A stretch of 64,000 nt of DNA from Octopus vulgaris (GCA_951406725.2 OX597817.1:157542001-157606000); one strand, 5' to 3'; shown: positions 29,390-43,322, counted from the first letter of the stretch. Notes: generated from the letters alone by a model not told the origin. Numbers and translations: made by a program.

Positions 29390-30269
29390 GTAATGTTTAT
29401 TCCTGCTTGTTTTCAGCTTGAGGTTTGATCTTCCCAATCATGAATGCCTCAACATGGAAGATCCCACTCAAGAGGAAATTGAAATTTTTGGACACAATGA
29501 GATACAGCTGATGATGACAGTACATGCAGGTGTATGCTTGTATATATGTGTATACATATGTGTACGTGTATGTACTTGTGCAATTGCACAAGTGCTAGTG
29601 TCAGGAGAACAGCACTTTGTACACTTAAGTGGTTGACGTCAGGAAAGGCATTTAGCTATAAAAACCATGCCAAAGTGGACACTGGCACCTGATGTGGCTT
29701 ACCAGTGCCAGCCAAACACTCCAACCCATACAGAAAACATGTTAAATGATCCATTGTACTGATAATATTCTTTTAAATAGAATCCATCAGGACCAAACTG
29801 AAGGAGTGTTGTTTCAAACATTACAAGCCACACTAATATCCCAGATATTTCCTATGTGTAAAGATATTAAATAGTTATAAACCACAATCCAAGCGTAATT
29901 TGACTCGTCAGTAATCAAGCTGATGTAGGAGTGTTAGGAAAACATTATTAGTAATTTTTTTTTAAATGATTAGACAGAGTACCAGTGACCTTTATAGGGC
30001 TCTCTCAGACTGCTGATATCAATGTAGTTGGTGTTTAGTTTCAACTTCTGCACATTTATATCAGTTAAAAAAACATGTGAGGAAAGTTGTGTGTTGTCAA
30101 AATGAGTCATTGAAGAGGTATTGGTATGGTCGCCCAACCTGCAAGAAACAGCAGCCAAATCTCTCCTAAATCACACTCTACTGTCTTAATTGAATAATGG
30201 ACACATGAGATAATCTTGTTCAGCATACCATTAACATAGAGAGGATGGTCATTATTATTATTATTATTG

Positions 30270-30825
30270 AGTGAGAGAGCAGTACATGCCATCAAAGTGA
30301 CACTGGGGTAAAATATACGAAGCCCAGTATACCCATCATGACTACACGTCTGATAAGGGTACACCAGGCACATGCATCACAACCATACGTGTGCGACATG
30401 GTGATCTCATATCGAGATAAACAGCACATGACTTTGCAGGTGGGGCCCAGTTAGAATTTTCTTCTGGTCGAATAACCCATCCCGCTCAAAAGGTCCCTGA
30501 ATAAGGGTTGTTTAAGGATGTTGAACGAAACATCCATGTTTCCAGAGGTGAATTATTCAAACCCCAAAGAATCCCTCTCAACACACGGCTATAATGCTCC
30601 CCCACTACTTCTGCTCATGATCAGAGATGCACAAATCATCAGCCACTAAGGGACATGCTCAACTGGTTAAGGTCCAACAACTGACAAGCAAATCTGTGGT
30701 ATTGAGCAGAATATTTGCTGTAGCCCATCTTTTATACCAAGACAAAACAATGCAGATGATAACACTTCCAATCAGTTAAGATCAGAAGCCACGAGAGCCA
30801 CTACCTGGTCCTGCATCAGGGCATT
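30270..30825. mobile_element. ~555-bp non-coding element inserted in (ATT)n
   Basis: Full-length second copy at 59528-60070; both are bounded by ATT repeats at both ends. Confidence 0.8.
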
Positions 30826-33113
30826 TATTATTATTATTATTATTATTATTCAGGTCACTGCTTGGAATTGAGCTTGGAATTTTGGGGTTAGTAGCCTGCG
30901 CTTTTAACCACTATGCCATATGCCCGTGGGCAACAAACAAGACGAGGACAAATATCCGTCGAATGTAAATAATGTACATAATTCCTCATCTCTTGAATAT
31001 AGAGCTGAATAACTGCAGTTTTTGTTATCCATTAACAATCAAATTTAACAGGCTATGTTCCATTGCCCATTTACTGATAGGTAAACCAAATGAAGATCCT
31101 TCTATATGTCTCTTGCTCTCACCCACACATTATTTTCTGAAAGTGCATTGCCATGGTTACATTTAACATTGACTCTATAACTATTTAAGATTGGTACATT
31201 TATATAGGATAGCTATTTTGAGTATTTGTCTGCTTGGGCTTCACAAATTCATATCAATCAAATCTATTGTTTACATTATGCGTTTGATTATTTGTTTTTC
31301 TTTCCATATTAGCAGCTGAACAAATATCTTATTAGTTGTATAAATACTATTCAGCTTCCCTTTTATCATTATTGATAATCTTATTCATTTGTTTGCTTTT
31401 TTACTATAATTTTTTTTAATGATTTCACATTAAGAAAATAGGCTTATCAAACAAGATTTGTTGAATATCTTTCTCCTATCAAATAATTTTTTTCTTGCCC
31501 CACCTTCTAGTCACCACTTCAGAACATACGGCTAGTTATCAATTCTGGCAACTTCTTTTTCTAAAACCAATATTAGAAAGTGGTTTTCCACATTCCGAAA
31601 TATATATCTATTGTTTTTTAATTCCTAAATGATGCAAATACGAAATTTACCTCACTGGAAACCGAAACATTGTTTTGCTTTTATTTCAAATTGAACTTCA
31701 TTTGACCTAGTTTTCCAATAACTCACTTTTGTCTGATGTTTTTATAGCATCATTTGGGAAGCGTTTATCTACCACTGGCATGCTTACAAGATGCTCATCA
31801 CACAACCTGAACGCAATCTCGCTTTCCAAATTTCATTTGAACATTGCGATCTGTTTCTCAAGAAGATCTCCACCAACTTTTACAAAGTACTTCAACTGAA
31901 CGTGTTATTTATACTAAAATATAAATTATATTAAAACTATTTACAGCAATGAAAAAAAAACAAAACAAAAACAAAACAAAACAAAACAAAACAAACAAAC
32001 AACCCAGATATATAGCAATTATTACAAATGTTATCTACAGTCTGGGTCTGATAAGCTTATTATACAATAATTATAATGTTTACCAACAAATAATTTCTCT
32101 GTTGTCATCAGAAACCACAAGTTTGCACAAACTTCTTCATATATTTCATCTATAAATTTAAACATACTCCAGTTTCTATTCACTAATTCATTCTACTTAA
32201 AGAACAAAGACAGAATTGTGACAAGATGACTATTCCAACTTTTGCCACCAAAGTTCTCTCTTAAGTAATACTTAAATCTTCGTCTCTTGGAACTTAACAC
32301 CACTCACTTTGAATAAGTTTCATAAGATTATTTGTTTCCACTAAACACAGATTAACAATTTGATTATAAAAGTGCCAGAAGAGACTGGAGTATTGACAAG
32401 GAGTTAGATAATTGGCTCATAATTCTTAGCTGAAATGTTGACACGGATAACTTTGTTTCTTATCTGTACTGAAAGGATGAAATAAGTACTGGTGACACAC
32501 TGAGATAAAAGCCCTGTATCTGTGAGGCTGTGTCTGTAGGTTTTTCACTCAAAGCATTCGAAAATCAATTTTATACTGTGTAACCAGAATTAACTGAAGG
32601 TACATTTTCACTTGAAAACATAAATAAATAAAATAAAACACAAACACACACGTACGCTCTGAAAAGAAACATCCAGGCGCCGGCATGGCTGTGTAGTAAA
32701 AGGCTTGCTTCCTGTCCACATGGTTCCGGGTTCAGTCCCACTAAGTGGCAGCTTAGGCAAGTGTCTTCTACTTTAGCCTCAGGCTGCACAAAGCCTTCTG
32801 AGTGGATTTGGTAGATGGAAACTGAAAGAAGCCCATCATGCGTGTGTGTGTGAGAGAGGGAGAGAGAGGTTTTTGTGTGTGTGTCTGTCCCCTACCACTT
32901 TTTAGTGTGTTTATGTCCCTGTAACTTAGCAGTTCAACAAAAGATACCAATAGAATAAGTAACCAGGCTTAAGAAAAAAAAAAGATACTGGAGGTGGGGG
33001 GTCAATTCATTCAACTAAAAATTCTTTAGGGTGATGCCCCAGCATGGCCACAGTCTAACAACTTAAACAAGTAAAAGGTATCAACATTAGGCAAAAACAA
33101 TCGTGAAATTTAC

Positions 33114-33267
33114 CTGTGCACTTTAACTTTTCTAGTTCGTAAGGTAGATCACCTGTGCTGACTTTTGAAAGTCCATCTTGTATGATGTTAGTCAGGGCAT
33201 TCCGCCGTCCAGTACGTCCACTTGCTATGAAGTCCTGGAGATGAGAGTTAACATCTACATCTGTCAT
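33114..33267 (-). CDS. PKI: cAMP-dependent protein kinase inhibitor (PKI family), coding exon 1
   Basis: Translation MTDVDVNSHLQDFIASGRTGRRNALTNIIQDGLSKVSTGDLPYELEKLKCT contains the PKI pseudosubstrate (F at P-11, R at P-6, RRNA-hydrophobic) and an NES-like LPYELEKLKC. ATG context is ACCATGA. Upstream acceptor ttctcctttcag puts the exon start at 33298; phase-1 donor ACAG|gtaaat lies at 33114/33113. Confidence 0.93.
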
Positions 33268-33570
33268 GGTATTTGTTTCAATTGAACTTGAAATATTTCT
33301 GAAAGGAGAATTTCAATACATATAGTTAGAAATAAATACAATAAATATGTTCAATTATGCAAATCTCAAAGCAATTCACATGGCAGTTTTATGAGAACTT
33401 AGAGCTACTCACAGATCTATATTGATTTCACTATAGCTCATGTGGATACTATGGACTGTTGTTTAAACCACATGTTATTTTGGGGTTTAGATGTAAAACT
33501 TTCTCCGCATTTTTTAATGCTATAAATTATTGTTTAGATAAGTAAATTCTGAATTCTAACATTACAGATA

Positions 33571-33969
33571 TCTCTCTATATATAAAGCTGAAGTTGTCTG
33601 TGTATGGCAGGTTTGGTAGCCTTCAACTAACACTATCTCATCCAAGACCCTGCGGCGCAAGTTGACCAAAATTGAAAATATGATAGAAGAAGGCTTGCTC
33701 TTCCTTCCGTAGAAGAAAAAATTCCAATCAGACCATGTTAACACCAAAAATTATTTACATCAAAAAGGTGCTTTTTTTTCTATGAAAACCCCTATTTTTT
33801 ACGATTTTTTGACTGCTGTGTTGCCATTTTTCAGTGTATTTCAACCAGAAAAATGTTCACTTAAAGAGAATAACAAGCTACATAATGCAAAATTTTTACT
33901 TTTCAAAAATTCCAATTCTAAAGGGTCAAAAAGAAAACAAGTCCGGGCAACGCTGGGCGATACAGCTAG
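33571..33969 (+). mobile_element. Non-autonomous Helitron
   Basis: A|TCTCTCTATATATAAA ... CCGGGCAACGCTGGGCGATACAGCTAG|T. Confidence 0.8.
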
Positions 33970-34154
33970 TAAATTGCTAAACAGAACTAATACAGTTCCA
34001 TAATGAAAGCTAACTAAACCTACAGTACTACAGCAAATAAAAGGATAGGTCTTTCATAGACAAGATGTTCAATAGTCCAACATCAAAGTGTTAAGCTCAA
34101 ATTTTACTAAAAGTAATCGTGACTTCCAATTTTCCAGGTTTTTAAAATAAGTAT

Positions 34155-34345
34155 AGGGAGAAATTACGAAAAAAACAAAAGACGGAGACAGGTGGTGTAC
34201 AAAACAAACAGATGTATTAGTATAATGCTCAGGAATAGAAAAAGTCTTTTACTTTTCGAGCCTACGCTCTTCTACAGAAAGGGACACAGAAAAAACAAGG
34301 AGAGAAAAAAATGTGTGTAATGGCTAACGATCTATCGTGGCATCT
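34155..34345 (-). mobile_element. Short repeat family carrying the CUGUNGA hammerhead (other copies ~50618-50810 and ~51618-51800)
   Basis: Three similar copies in the window, two of them next to TA/CA microsatellite. Confidence 0.6.
34246..34281 (-). ncRNA. Minimal hammerhead motif, CUGUNGA (A6U) variant
   Basis: Minus strand CTTT CTGTAGA A GAGC GTAG GCTC GAAA A GT A AAAG; stem I CTTT/AAAG. Confidence 0.55.
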
Positions 34346-35386
34346 GATGTGGTAAAGACAAGATAAGAACAAATATATATTGACCACAGATAATAACAAA
34401 GCACAATAACTATTAAGTACAATGCTTACATGATGTCTAATCCAAGTAGCTTCACAGAGTTAGTTACAGTCATAACTGGTGAATTCTTGCACTTGTGGAG
34501 ACTGACTGAATGAAACAGAGAGACCTCTAGCTTCAAACCTGTCACTACGAAGCTTGATGAATCAACAACTTCATGTCCTTGCTTCTATATATACTATATA
34601 TACCCTTGCTGCTATTCATGGATGTCTACGTTAACATATCTCACACTTACATCAATCAGTTGATCAAGTTTTACAACTACTATGACCACGGCCACCATGA
34701 CCACCACTTCTACCAGTGCTGCCACCACCACCACCACTACCACTACCGCCATCCTTGTAACCTCAATACCTATTCCTCCATATCAGGTTTGGCGATTATA
34801 CCTTAGCCATCAAATTTTGTAATAGGCACATGGACTTACCATTTCCATAGAACTATAAAAAAAAACATCTGCTATGTAACAAGTGTATCAGGAAGTATTG
34901 CCTATGACAAATATATTTCTCCACCAAAATACTTTGTAATAACCATGTAATTATAGGTTATTTTTAATAGCATTTGATTATTGAAAGGCTAGGCCAAACT
35001 GACAAAGCCAGACTTTAAAAAAATTATATACACGCACACTCACATATTTATCAACTTTTACACTTCAGAGAGCTTCACTTCCCAAATCCCCATCCAAAAC
35101 AATCTGGTTCTTCTTCCTTGGAGTTAGATCTCTTTGATACCTATTTGTGAAAGGCAGTGAGCTGGCAGAAACGTTAGCACAGCGGACGGAATGCATAGGC
35201 ATATTTCGTCTGCCGTTACGTTCTGAGTTCAAATTCCACCGAGGTTGACTTTGCCTTTCTTCCTTTCGGGGTCGATAAATTAAGTACCATTTACCTTTCT
35301 GACCCAAGAGATTTTTGCATAGCTTTACAAATTATTTTTGAAATAAGAAAAAAAAAAATTAAATAAGTAAAACTTAGAATACAAGT

Positions 35387-35790
35387 GCAGGAGTGGCTGT
35401 GTGGTAAGTAGCTTGTCTACCAACCACATGGTTCCGGGTTCAGTCCCACTGCGTGGCACCTTGGGCAAGTGTCTTCTACTATAGCCTCGGGCCGACCAAA
35501 GCCTTGTGAGTGGATTTGGTAGACGGAAACTGAAAGAAGCCTGTCGTATATATGTATATATATATGCGTGTGTGTGTTTGTGTGTCTGTGTTTGTCCCCC
35601 TAGCATTGCTTGACAACCGATGCTGGTGTGTTTATGTCCCCGTTACTTAGCGGTTCGGCAAAAGAGACCGATAGAATAAGTACTGGGCTTACAAAAGAAT
35701 AAGTCCCGGGGTCGAATTGCTCGATCAAAGGCGGTGCTCCAGCATGGCCGCAGTCAAATGACTGAAACAAGTAAAAGAGTAAAAGAGAGT
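35387..35790 (+). mobile_element. tRNA-derived SINE, family A (representative full copy)
   Basis: Pol III A/B-box head TGGCTGTGTGG..GGTTCAGTCC, central TA/TG microsatellite, AAAAGAGT tail. Other copies ~1713-1940(-), 2456-2862(-), 6281-6672(+), 28430-28770(+), 32675-33080(+), 37941-38357(+), 45300-45590(+), 48290-48600(-), 55056-55453(-), 56918-57540(-), 63200-63568(-). Confidence 0.88.
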
Positions 35791-38120
35791 AAAGAGTATA
35801 CAGAACTCTAAGAAAACATTTATGAAACATTAAACTGAGATATAAATTACAATCTTGCTCAGTTTAGTGGTCAGCATATCCATTTACAGATGTTTCAACA
35901 CGAGATAAACCATATCTTACACTGCATAACATTTTTTCTGAAATGATTGATAAAGTGAATCTGGTATGTACAGCAATTTAGCCTGTATGACTGGAATGAA
36001 GCAAATAAGCACACATTATATACTGACATGATACAACAGCTTCTGTTAGTGTATCAACAAATTTGGGAAAAGATTCAAGAATTTTAGTATTTAGCTACAC
36101 ATTTATTTTTCCTGATATTTTCATAGTTAGATGTGAATGATTAGAGTCTGTCATTTCTAATGCACTATTAATAATCATCATCATCATTGTTTAACGTCCG
36201 TTTTCCGCGCTAGCACGGGTTGGACGGTTCGACCGGGGTCTGGGAAGCCAGGGGCTGCACCAGGCTGATCTGGCAGAGTTTCTACAGCTGGATGCCCTTC
36301 CTAACGCCAACCACTCTGCGAGTGTAGTGGGTGCTTTCTATGTGCCACCTGCACAGGTGTCGGGGGGGGTCTGGCATCGGTCACGTTCGGTTGGAGCTTT
36401 TAACGTGCCAGCGGCACGGAAGCCAACCAAGGCGGAGCTGGCAACGTTCGGATGGTCTTTTTATGTGCCACCAGCACAGGAGCCAGTTGGGGTGGCGCTG
36501 GTATCGGCCACGTTCGGATGGTGCTTTTTATGTGCCACCGGCACAGAAGCCAGTCGGGGCGGCGCTGGTATCGGCCACGTTCGGATAGTGCTTTTTATGT
36601 GCCACCGGCACAGGCATCACAACTACTATTTCCATTGATATTTATTTTGACGTTCATGTTCATGTACTTGACTCAACAGGTCTCCTCAAGCACAGCGGGA
36701 CGTTCTGGGATCCGGGGTACTTTGAATGGGCAGGGGCTATAATAGAAAATAATATTTTGCCTTGAATAAGTACTCAGACCTTTGTATAATAAGTGGGGAC
36801 AAACCCACTGTATTATCAATCCTTACTTTACAGATACAGGAATATACTAATCTCAACTCATTGGGTCTGCTCGAGCCAACCTATCTCTTGCTACTGTATC
36901 TCCAATTTATGCGTACCTTTTCCTTCTTTGGACACTAAAACTCTGCTTGCGAAAACCTGTTGAGGCAAGTGAAATCAAAATCAAAATCAAATTTGATGAC
37001 TGATGTCCGTGCTAGCAGGGTGCAAAGTGCACTATACAAGTGTGATCATTGACAGAGCAGCTAACCGGCTTCCGTGCCAGTGGCACTTCAAACTCAGGCT
37101 GGATTGTCATATTCTGTCAGCAAGTTGTAAGGAATTCAAACTGACTCCAACTTATCGGCTTCAGTTGTAACCATTACCAAACTTTCCAGACATATAAAAC
37201 TATATCAGATAGAAAACGAGATGAATTATTGTACATCATCATTTGATGTCCATTTTCCATGCAGGCTTGGTTTTGATGGTTTAAACAGGGGCTGACCAGT
37301 TGAAGGGCTGTTTAGGGTCCAGTTGTCTGTTTTGGAATGGTTTCTACAGCTGGATGCCTTTCCTAATGCCAACCACTTTACAGAGTATACTGGGTGCTTT
37401 TATGCAGCACTGGTACGGGTGCTTTTTATATTGTACCACCACTTACAAGCCTGTTTCTTTATTACCCACAAGGGGCTAAACACAGAGGGGACAAACAAGG
37501 ACAGACAAACGGATTAAGTCGATTATATTGACCCCAGTGTGTAACTGGTACTTATTTAATCGACCCCGAAAGGATGAAAGGGAAAGTTGACCTCGGCGGA
37601 ATTTGAACTCGGAACGTAATGGCAGACGAAATACGGCCAAGCATTTCACCCGGCGTGCTAACATTTCTGCCAGCTCACCTTTATTTTTTTGGCTCAGACA
37701 TAAAAATTACAAGCCTGCAAGATTAGGGTTGCTCAGCTGGAGAGGGTTGCAAGGGATGAGTCTGTATCCAAGGGCAACCATGCTTTTACTTAGCTTGACA
37801 TATCTTTTCAAACACAGCAAACTGCCAGGAGTCTCGGTCCCCTACTGTTACAATGAATTTCCCACTGCTAAACATGCATCATGATGCAATGTAAATGTAG
37901 TTCCGTGGTTTTTTTCCAGAATGTTCAAATCAGCTACATAGGCGTAGGAGTTGCTGTGTGGTAAGTAGCTTGCTTACCAACCACATGGTTCCGGGTTCAG
38001 TCCCACTGTGTGGCACTTTGGGCAAGTGTCTTCTACTATAAACTCGGGCCAACCAAAGCCTTGTGAGTGGATTTGGTAGACGGAAACTGAAAGAAGCCTG
38101 TTGTATATATGTGTATATAT

Positions 38121-38154
<34 letters not shown>

Positions 38155-41100
38155 TTGTGTGTGTGTGTTTGTCCCCACAACATCGCTTGACAACTGATGC
38201 TGGTTTGTTTACGTCCCTGTAACTTAGCAGTTCGGCAAAAGAGACCAATAGAATAAGTACTAGGCTTACAAAGAATAAGTCCTGGGGTTGATTTTCTCAA
38301 CTAATGGCAGTACTCCAGCATGGCCACAGTCAAATGACTGAAACAAGTAAAAGAGTAAGTATCATGTCACTGCAAAAAAAGACTCCACCTGACCTACTCA
38401 AGAACAGTGGTAGCAGCAGTGAGCACAAATATGCCCTTACGTCATTTGTCATATCATCCTCATCATCGTCACCATCATTATCATCTCCATCATCATCATC
38501 ACCATAATCATCGTCATTTTAACACCGTCTTTTCCATGTTCATACGGGTCAAATAAGTTCATTTATTTCCATGAATCTCAATTTTACACCATCTCATCTG
38601 ACATAACCGTTTTTTAAAACCAACACCAATTCACAAAGCCACAAAGCACATTTTTCTACACATCCTGTATAATCCACATGTGTTCCATATCCACAGTGTA
38701 GCCATCCTTAGTGCACAACAGCTGTTAAATATCTTTCATATCAGACTGCTTTTAAAACTCACGTAACAGTGACCCTACTAACATTACATATTCAATTCCA
38801 TAAGCGATGCTAACATTACATACTCATTTTCAGCAGGTTTTTCTCCAAATATACTCTTTCTGGTATAAACTCAAAGTGTCATATATGTGTGTGTGTACAC
38901 ATGCACACACACACACACACACACACATATATACAGATATCATCATCATCATTATTTCAATGGCCACTTTTTGATACTTATAATATATAGTATATAATAT
39001 ATTCACAAATATGATGCAGCACGGAATTTTGTCAGTGAACAGGTTGCGGTCTCAAAACGATGAAAATATTTTGACAAATTAAACTTAAATGTTGAAGTGA
39101 ATCTAATGGTTTTTGTGTGTTTCTTAAATGGCTTATAAACACCTTCCACGCTGCAATTGTTTTCGTTCCAGCACACGATCTCAGATCAGGTCACTTGCTA
39201 TGCAAGTACATCTCCGTAATCCACAAATATTTAAAACCCATCAATCAAACATAATTTCAATACATAGTTTTAAATTTTAAACCACTAATGCTCTACTATT
39301 ATTTATTTATGTGCCCTTTTCAAGCCTAGCCAGGCTCATGGGCCCGGTTTCTCGGTTTCTATGGCATACATGTTCCCCCCAGCTGGATGGGACGCCAGTC
39401 CATCGCAGCGTTACTCAAGAAACAGGAAGAAACAGTGAGAGAAAGTTGGAGTGAAAGAGTACAACAGGGGTCGTCACCCCACCCCTGCCGGAGCCTCGTG
39501 GAGCTTTAGGTGTTTTCACTCAATAAACACACACAACACTCAGTTTGGGAATTGAAACAGCGATCCTCCGACCGTGAGTCTGCTGCCCTAACCACTGGGC
39601 CATTGCGTCTCCACACTAATGCACTATACTTCCCTCAAAAGATAAAATTACCTAAGTTGCATAAGCTCTATATGAACCCTGACAAAGTCCTACCACCATA
39701 AAGGGGGAATGTGGTAATTTTCTTTGCATTAAACAAAATGCTTTGAAATTCCCATCAACTAGATGATAGGACTGAAAGATATATGTAGGTTCTTTTTTCT
39801 TTTTTATATTAATTTATATTTCTTTGAGCTATCAACTTCTATTCAATTTACATGTACTGTTATTTTTTTTTAAAAATGTCATGTTTTTGTAACATACAAA
39901 TAAATTAGTAATTATATCCATTTATTCTCCATTTTCTTCTTGTCTTTCCCCCAATATATATATATATATATTTATGCTCGAAATGAGGAGTAGATAGACA
40001 GCCAACAACTGATGAAGGGTCCTTACTTTGTATTTACTTGTCCTGTTTTCCATTTTTTTCCGGTTGTTTATGTATTTCGACAACATTCTAATATCCTAAA
40101 GCTGATAAATCAACTTATGTGTTTCTCCATTTTCTTATTTGTAATATAAATTAATGGTAAAATATTTCTTTACCTACACCTATTTAATATAATAAGTGAG
40201 TTCATTGCATTGCAATTAAAAACACTTGTGTATTAATAATTTGGGTAGTATACCAACAGTATATTGGATAAGTATTATCCCTTAGTGGGTTGGATCCACA
40301 ACCCCTAACTTATTTGGTATATATATATATATATGCATGTATGTATATATACATATATTATTTATCATTCAATTGAACGTGATGAATCCATTTCCAAGTA
40401 AGTATACACACACACTCACTCAAATAGGTTTATTTCAGTTTGCACTTCACAAATCCATTCACAAGGTTTTGGTAGGCCTAGGGCTATAATAGAAGACAAT
40501 TACCCAAAAAACTGGATCTGAAACCATGTAGTCAAGAGACAAACTTATTAACTCACACAGTCACTTAAATACATTTAATTTTAGTGATAAGTATGATTGC
40601 TTTAAATGTTATTCCTTGAATACAACCTTTGAGTTTGAGCATGCCTGTATGTATGTGTTTTCTTTGACATTCTTCTCTTCAGAACTGATGCCAGAAATTC
40701 ACAAGGTGACTAGAGATTTAAAAATTATTATTATTTTTTTTTTTTGGAGTAAAGACAGTTTCTATGATTTGTGAATATGTGAGTGATTTAGTGCTTGCTT
40801 ATATGTAGATGCATATGAAGATATACTTGTGCTCAAGTAATGGGTGTGCATATTTTCCCAGTATGTATATGTATGTATGTATGTATGTATGCATACATGT
40901 TTGAGTCCCTTTATGTATGTGTGTGTGCATGATTGTGAATATTTGTTCATTACAGGAAACTCAAACGAGAAATCTTTGGAATGTTTTACAAATCTTCATT
41001 GTACCATTAATTAATTATGTTCCGAGTATTAAAGTCAGTTTACTCCTCACACATTTCTTCTGCAGTCTCCAAGAAGAAGTTAGTTTGAGTTTCGGTTTTG

Positions 41101-41464
41101 TTCAAGAAACAAAACCAATAAAAAGAGAAAAATAAATAAACAAACATGGTACATGGTTGCATAACACACACACAGACATGCACATACAAGGAGACAGAGG
41201 TGCATACATATACAAACATATGCTCACACACACATACTTAGAAAATACACAAACACGGACATGCAAGCATATAAATATGCAGGATACGTACATACAGATG
41301 CACACACATATATACATATGCATACACACACACATATATACATACATACACATGCAAACACACACATACATACATATGTACATGCATGCATGCAAAGGCA
41401 CACACACACTGACCCACACACATGCGCACAAACAAACAAAAGGGAACGCAGTGTAAATAACAGA

Positions 41465-41665
41465 CAGAGTCAAGTCTATTGAAAAGGTTGCAAGACACAA
41501 CGAAAATTTTAGGAAAATAAAAATAAGAATTAAGTGGAAATTTTACCGGTGTGTGTGTGTTACATTATAAGGCACAAACAGAAAATGACTCTCCCCAGAC
41601 ACAACAGAATATGTTTCAACGCATGAACTCATATAAAGAATCTTGCAAATCAAATCCAAAAACAA
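41465..41665 (+). mobile_element. Single-arm copy of the 10139/51177 family
   Basis: Shares gaaattttac..gtgtgttacattataaggcac..gactctccccagacaca..gaatcttgcaaa..aaatccaaaa with those elements and begins with the hammerhead. Confidence 0.65.
41476..41512 (+). ncRNA. Minimal hammerhead motif, U3-A8 variant core
   Basis: CTA-TTGAAAA-G-GTTG(caagaca)CAAC-GAA-AATT-T-TAG: stem I CTA/TAG, palindromic AATT stem III, UUU triplet. Related copies at 10292-10328 (-) and 51269-51300 (-). Confidence 0.55.
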
Positions 41666-42208
41666 AAAATAAATAAATAAAACAGATGATTCCTCAGGGG
41701 GGTGTTTCAGAGTGTTAAAATTCTCAAAATTATAATCTCGTTAAAAACTTTAACAATAATTACAATAAAAAATCTCATTTGTTATCTTGATTCTCAGATG
41801 AGTTTTCTGTATATATGTTACCATATATAGGGCACAGTTGTAAATAATGCACACCATAATGAAATTCTGGAAAAAATATCCCTTATCTATTATATGCAAT
41901 GGCTTTGCTTTAGTCCATACCTCATAGATCTCAAGCTGTAATTACTGCCAAAGGCAGTTCTACCCCATATCAAAATAAATTTGTTTGAAATTTTAAGGTG
42001 TTTTCATTATTTTGTCCAACTCCAAAAAGCACCCACTACACTCACGGAGTGGTTGGCGTTAGGAAGGGCATCCAGCTGTAGAAACATTGCCAAATTTAGA
42101 CTGGAGCCTGGTAAAAATGAATATTCTGGCTTCCCAGAACCCGGTCGAACCGTCCAACCCATGCTAGCATGGAGAACGGACGTTAAACGACGATGATGAT
42201 GATGATGA

Positions 42209-42252
<44 letters not shown>

Positions 42253-43322
42253 AGATGTTGTTTCCTATCATGCACTGTCCACTTTTTGTTCTCTACACCT
42301 GTGACTAACTGTTTGAATCTGACCAACTTACTGCATTTGGATCCCTGGATTGTATTTGTGTATGTGCACACTTGCATGTGTGTGTATGTGTGTGTGTTAT
42401 GATTCATGAGGATTTAAGATTTTCAGGAACAAAAGTATTTATTTTTTTTCAATTTATATTCACATTTTCTTAATGACACTAATTATGTGTTATTCTTATT
42501 GATTATTTATTGATTGATTCAATTTTCACATTAAATGATTCAAGTAGTATTTTTCACAATGAAAACATTACATTCAGGCCTGTTTTACTGAAGTTTGGTA
42601 GCTGTAATTCCAAGGGGCGAGTTTCTTGCTTATTGTGCTAAATCATTTCATCATCATCATTTAATGGCCTCTTTTCCATGTTTGCATGGGTCAGATGGAA
42701 TTTGTTGAAGTAGTCTACAGCTGGATGCCCTTCCTGTCACTAACCTTCACCTGTTTTGAAGCAAGGTAATGTTTCCCAGAGGCCAGACATTTTTCTCTCA
42801 GAAGACAGGAAATGTAGAACCTCACTTGTATAACACTCATTTACAACTGTCATGGGGTGTCTAGACAAGGGTACTCACAAACACACACATTTTTATATCT
42901 ACATATATCATAATATACATATATATGATGGGTTTCTTTTAGTTTCAGTCTACCAAATCCACTCACAAGGCCTTGGTTGGCCTAGGGCTATAAGAGACGA
43001 CACTTGCTACAGCTGCCACACAGTCGGACTGAACTGAAGACCACGTGATTAAGATCTAAGCTTCTTAGCCACAAAGACATATAGATGTCACTACAATATA
43101 TATAGTGATAATATATTATTAGTATCACAGAAAAAATGGAACCCTTTGCTACACATTAGTTAGCTTAGCCAGTAGATATAACATACTTACTTCAAGTCAT
43201 ACCATCCTTAAGATGGCAACATGTTAGACTAGGGAAAAAAATGGGTAGCATTTAGTTCTCGTGTATAATGCATACCATTAACATTTAGGCTTAAAAATCT
43301 GGAAAAAAGTGCTTATTATACA

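Noticed and set aside
31650-31900. Possible extra minus-strand exon with a GTAAAT donor near 31650
   Set aside because: Multiple in-frame stops and no recognisable homology.
33055-33113. C-terminal part of the 70-aa ORF as unspliced PKI
   Set aside because: It lies past a good GT donor and runs into a SINE tail; the spliced model fits better.
33193-33210. A-to-I recoding that could turn the PKI pseudosubstrate into a substrate
   Set aside because: The P-site Ala codon is GCC, which has no editable A and cannot become Ser or Thr.
40009-40015. CTGATGA in a TA-flanked repeat (~39975-40320)
   Set aside because: No downstream GAAA or stem III could be paired; at most a broken hammerhead.
40683-40705. 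Plus-strand 23-nt micro-exon (ttctcttcag...AAG|gtgact)
   Set aside because: Splice-like signals alone are common in AT-rich DNA, and there is no partner exon or homology.
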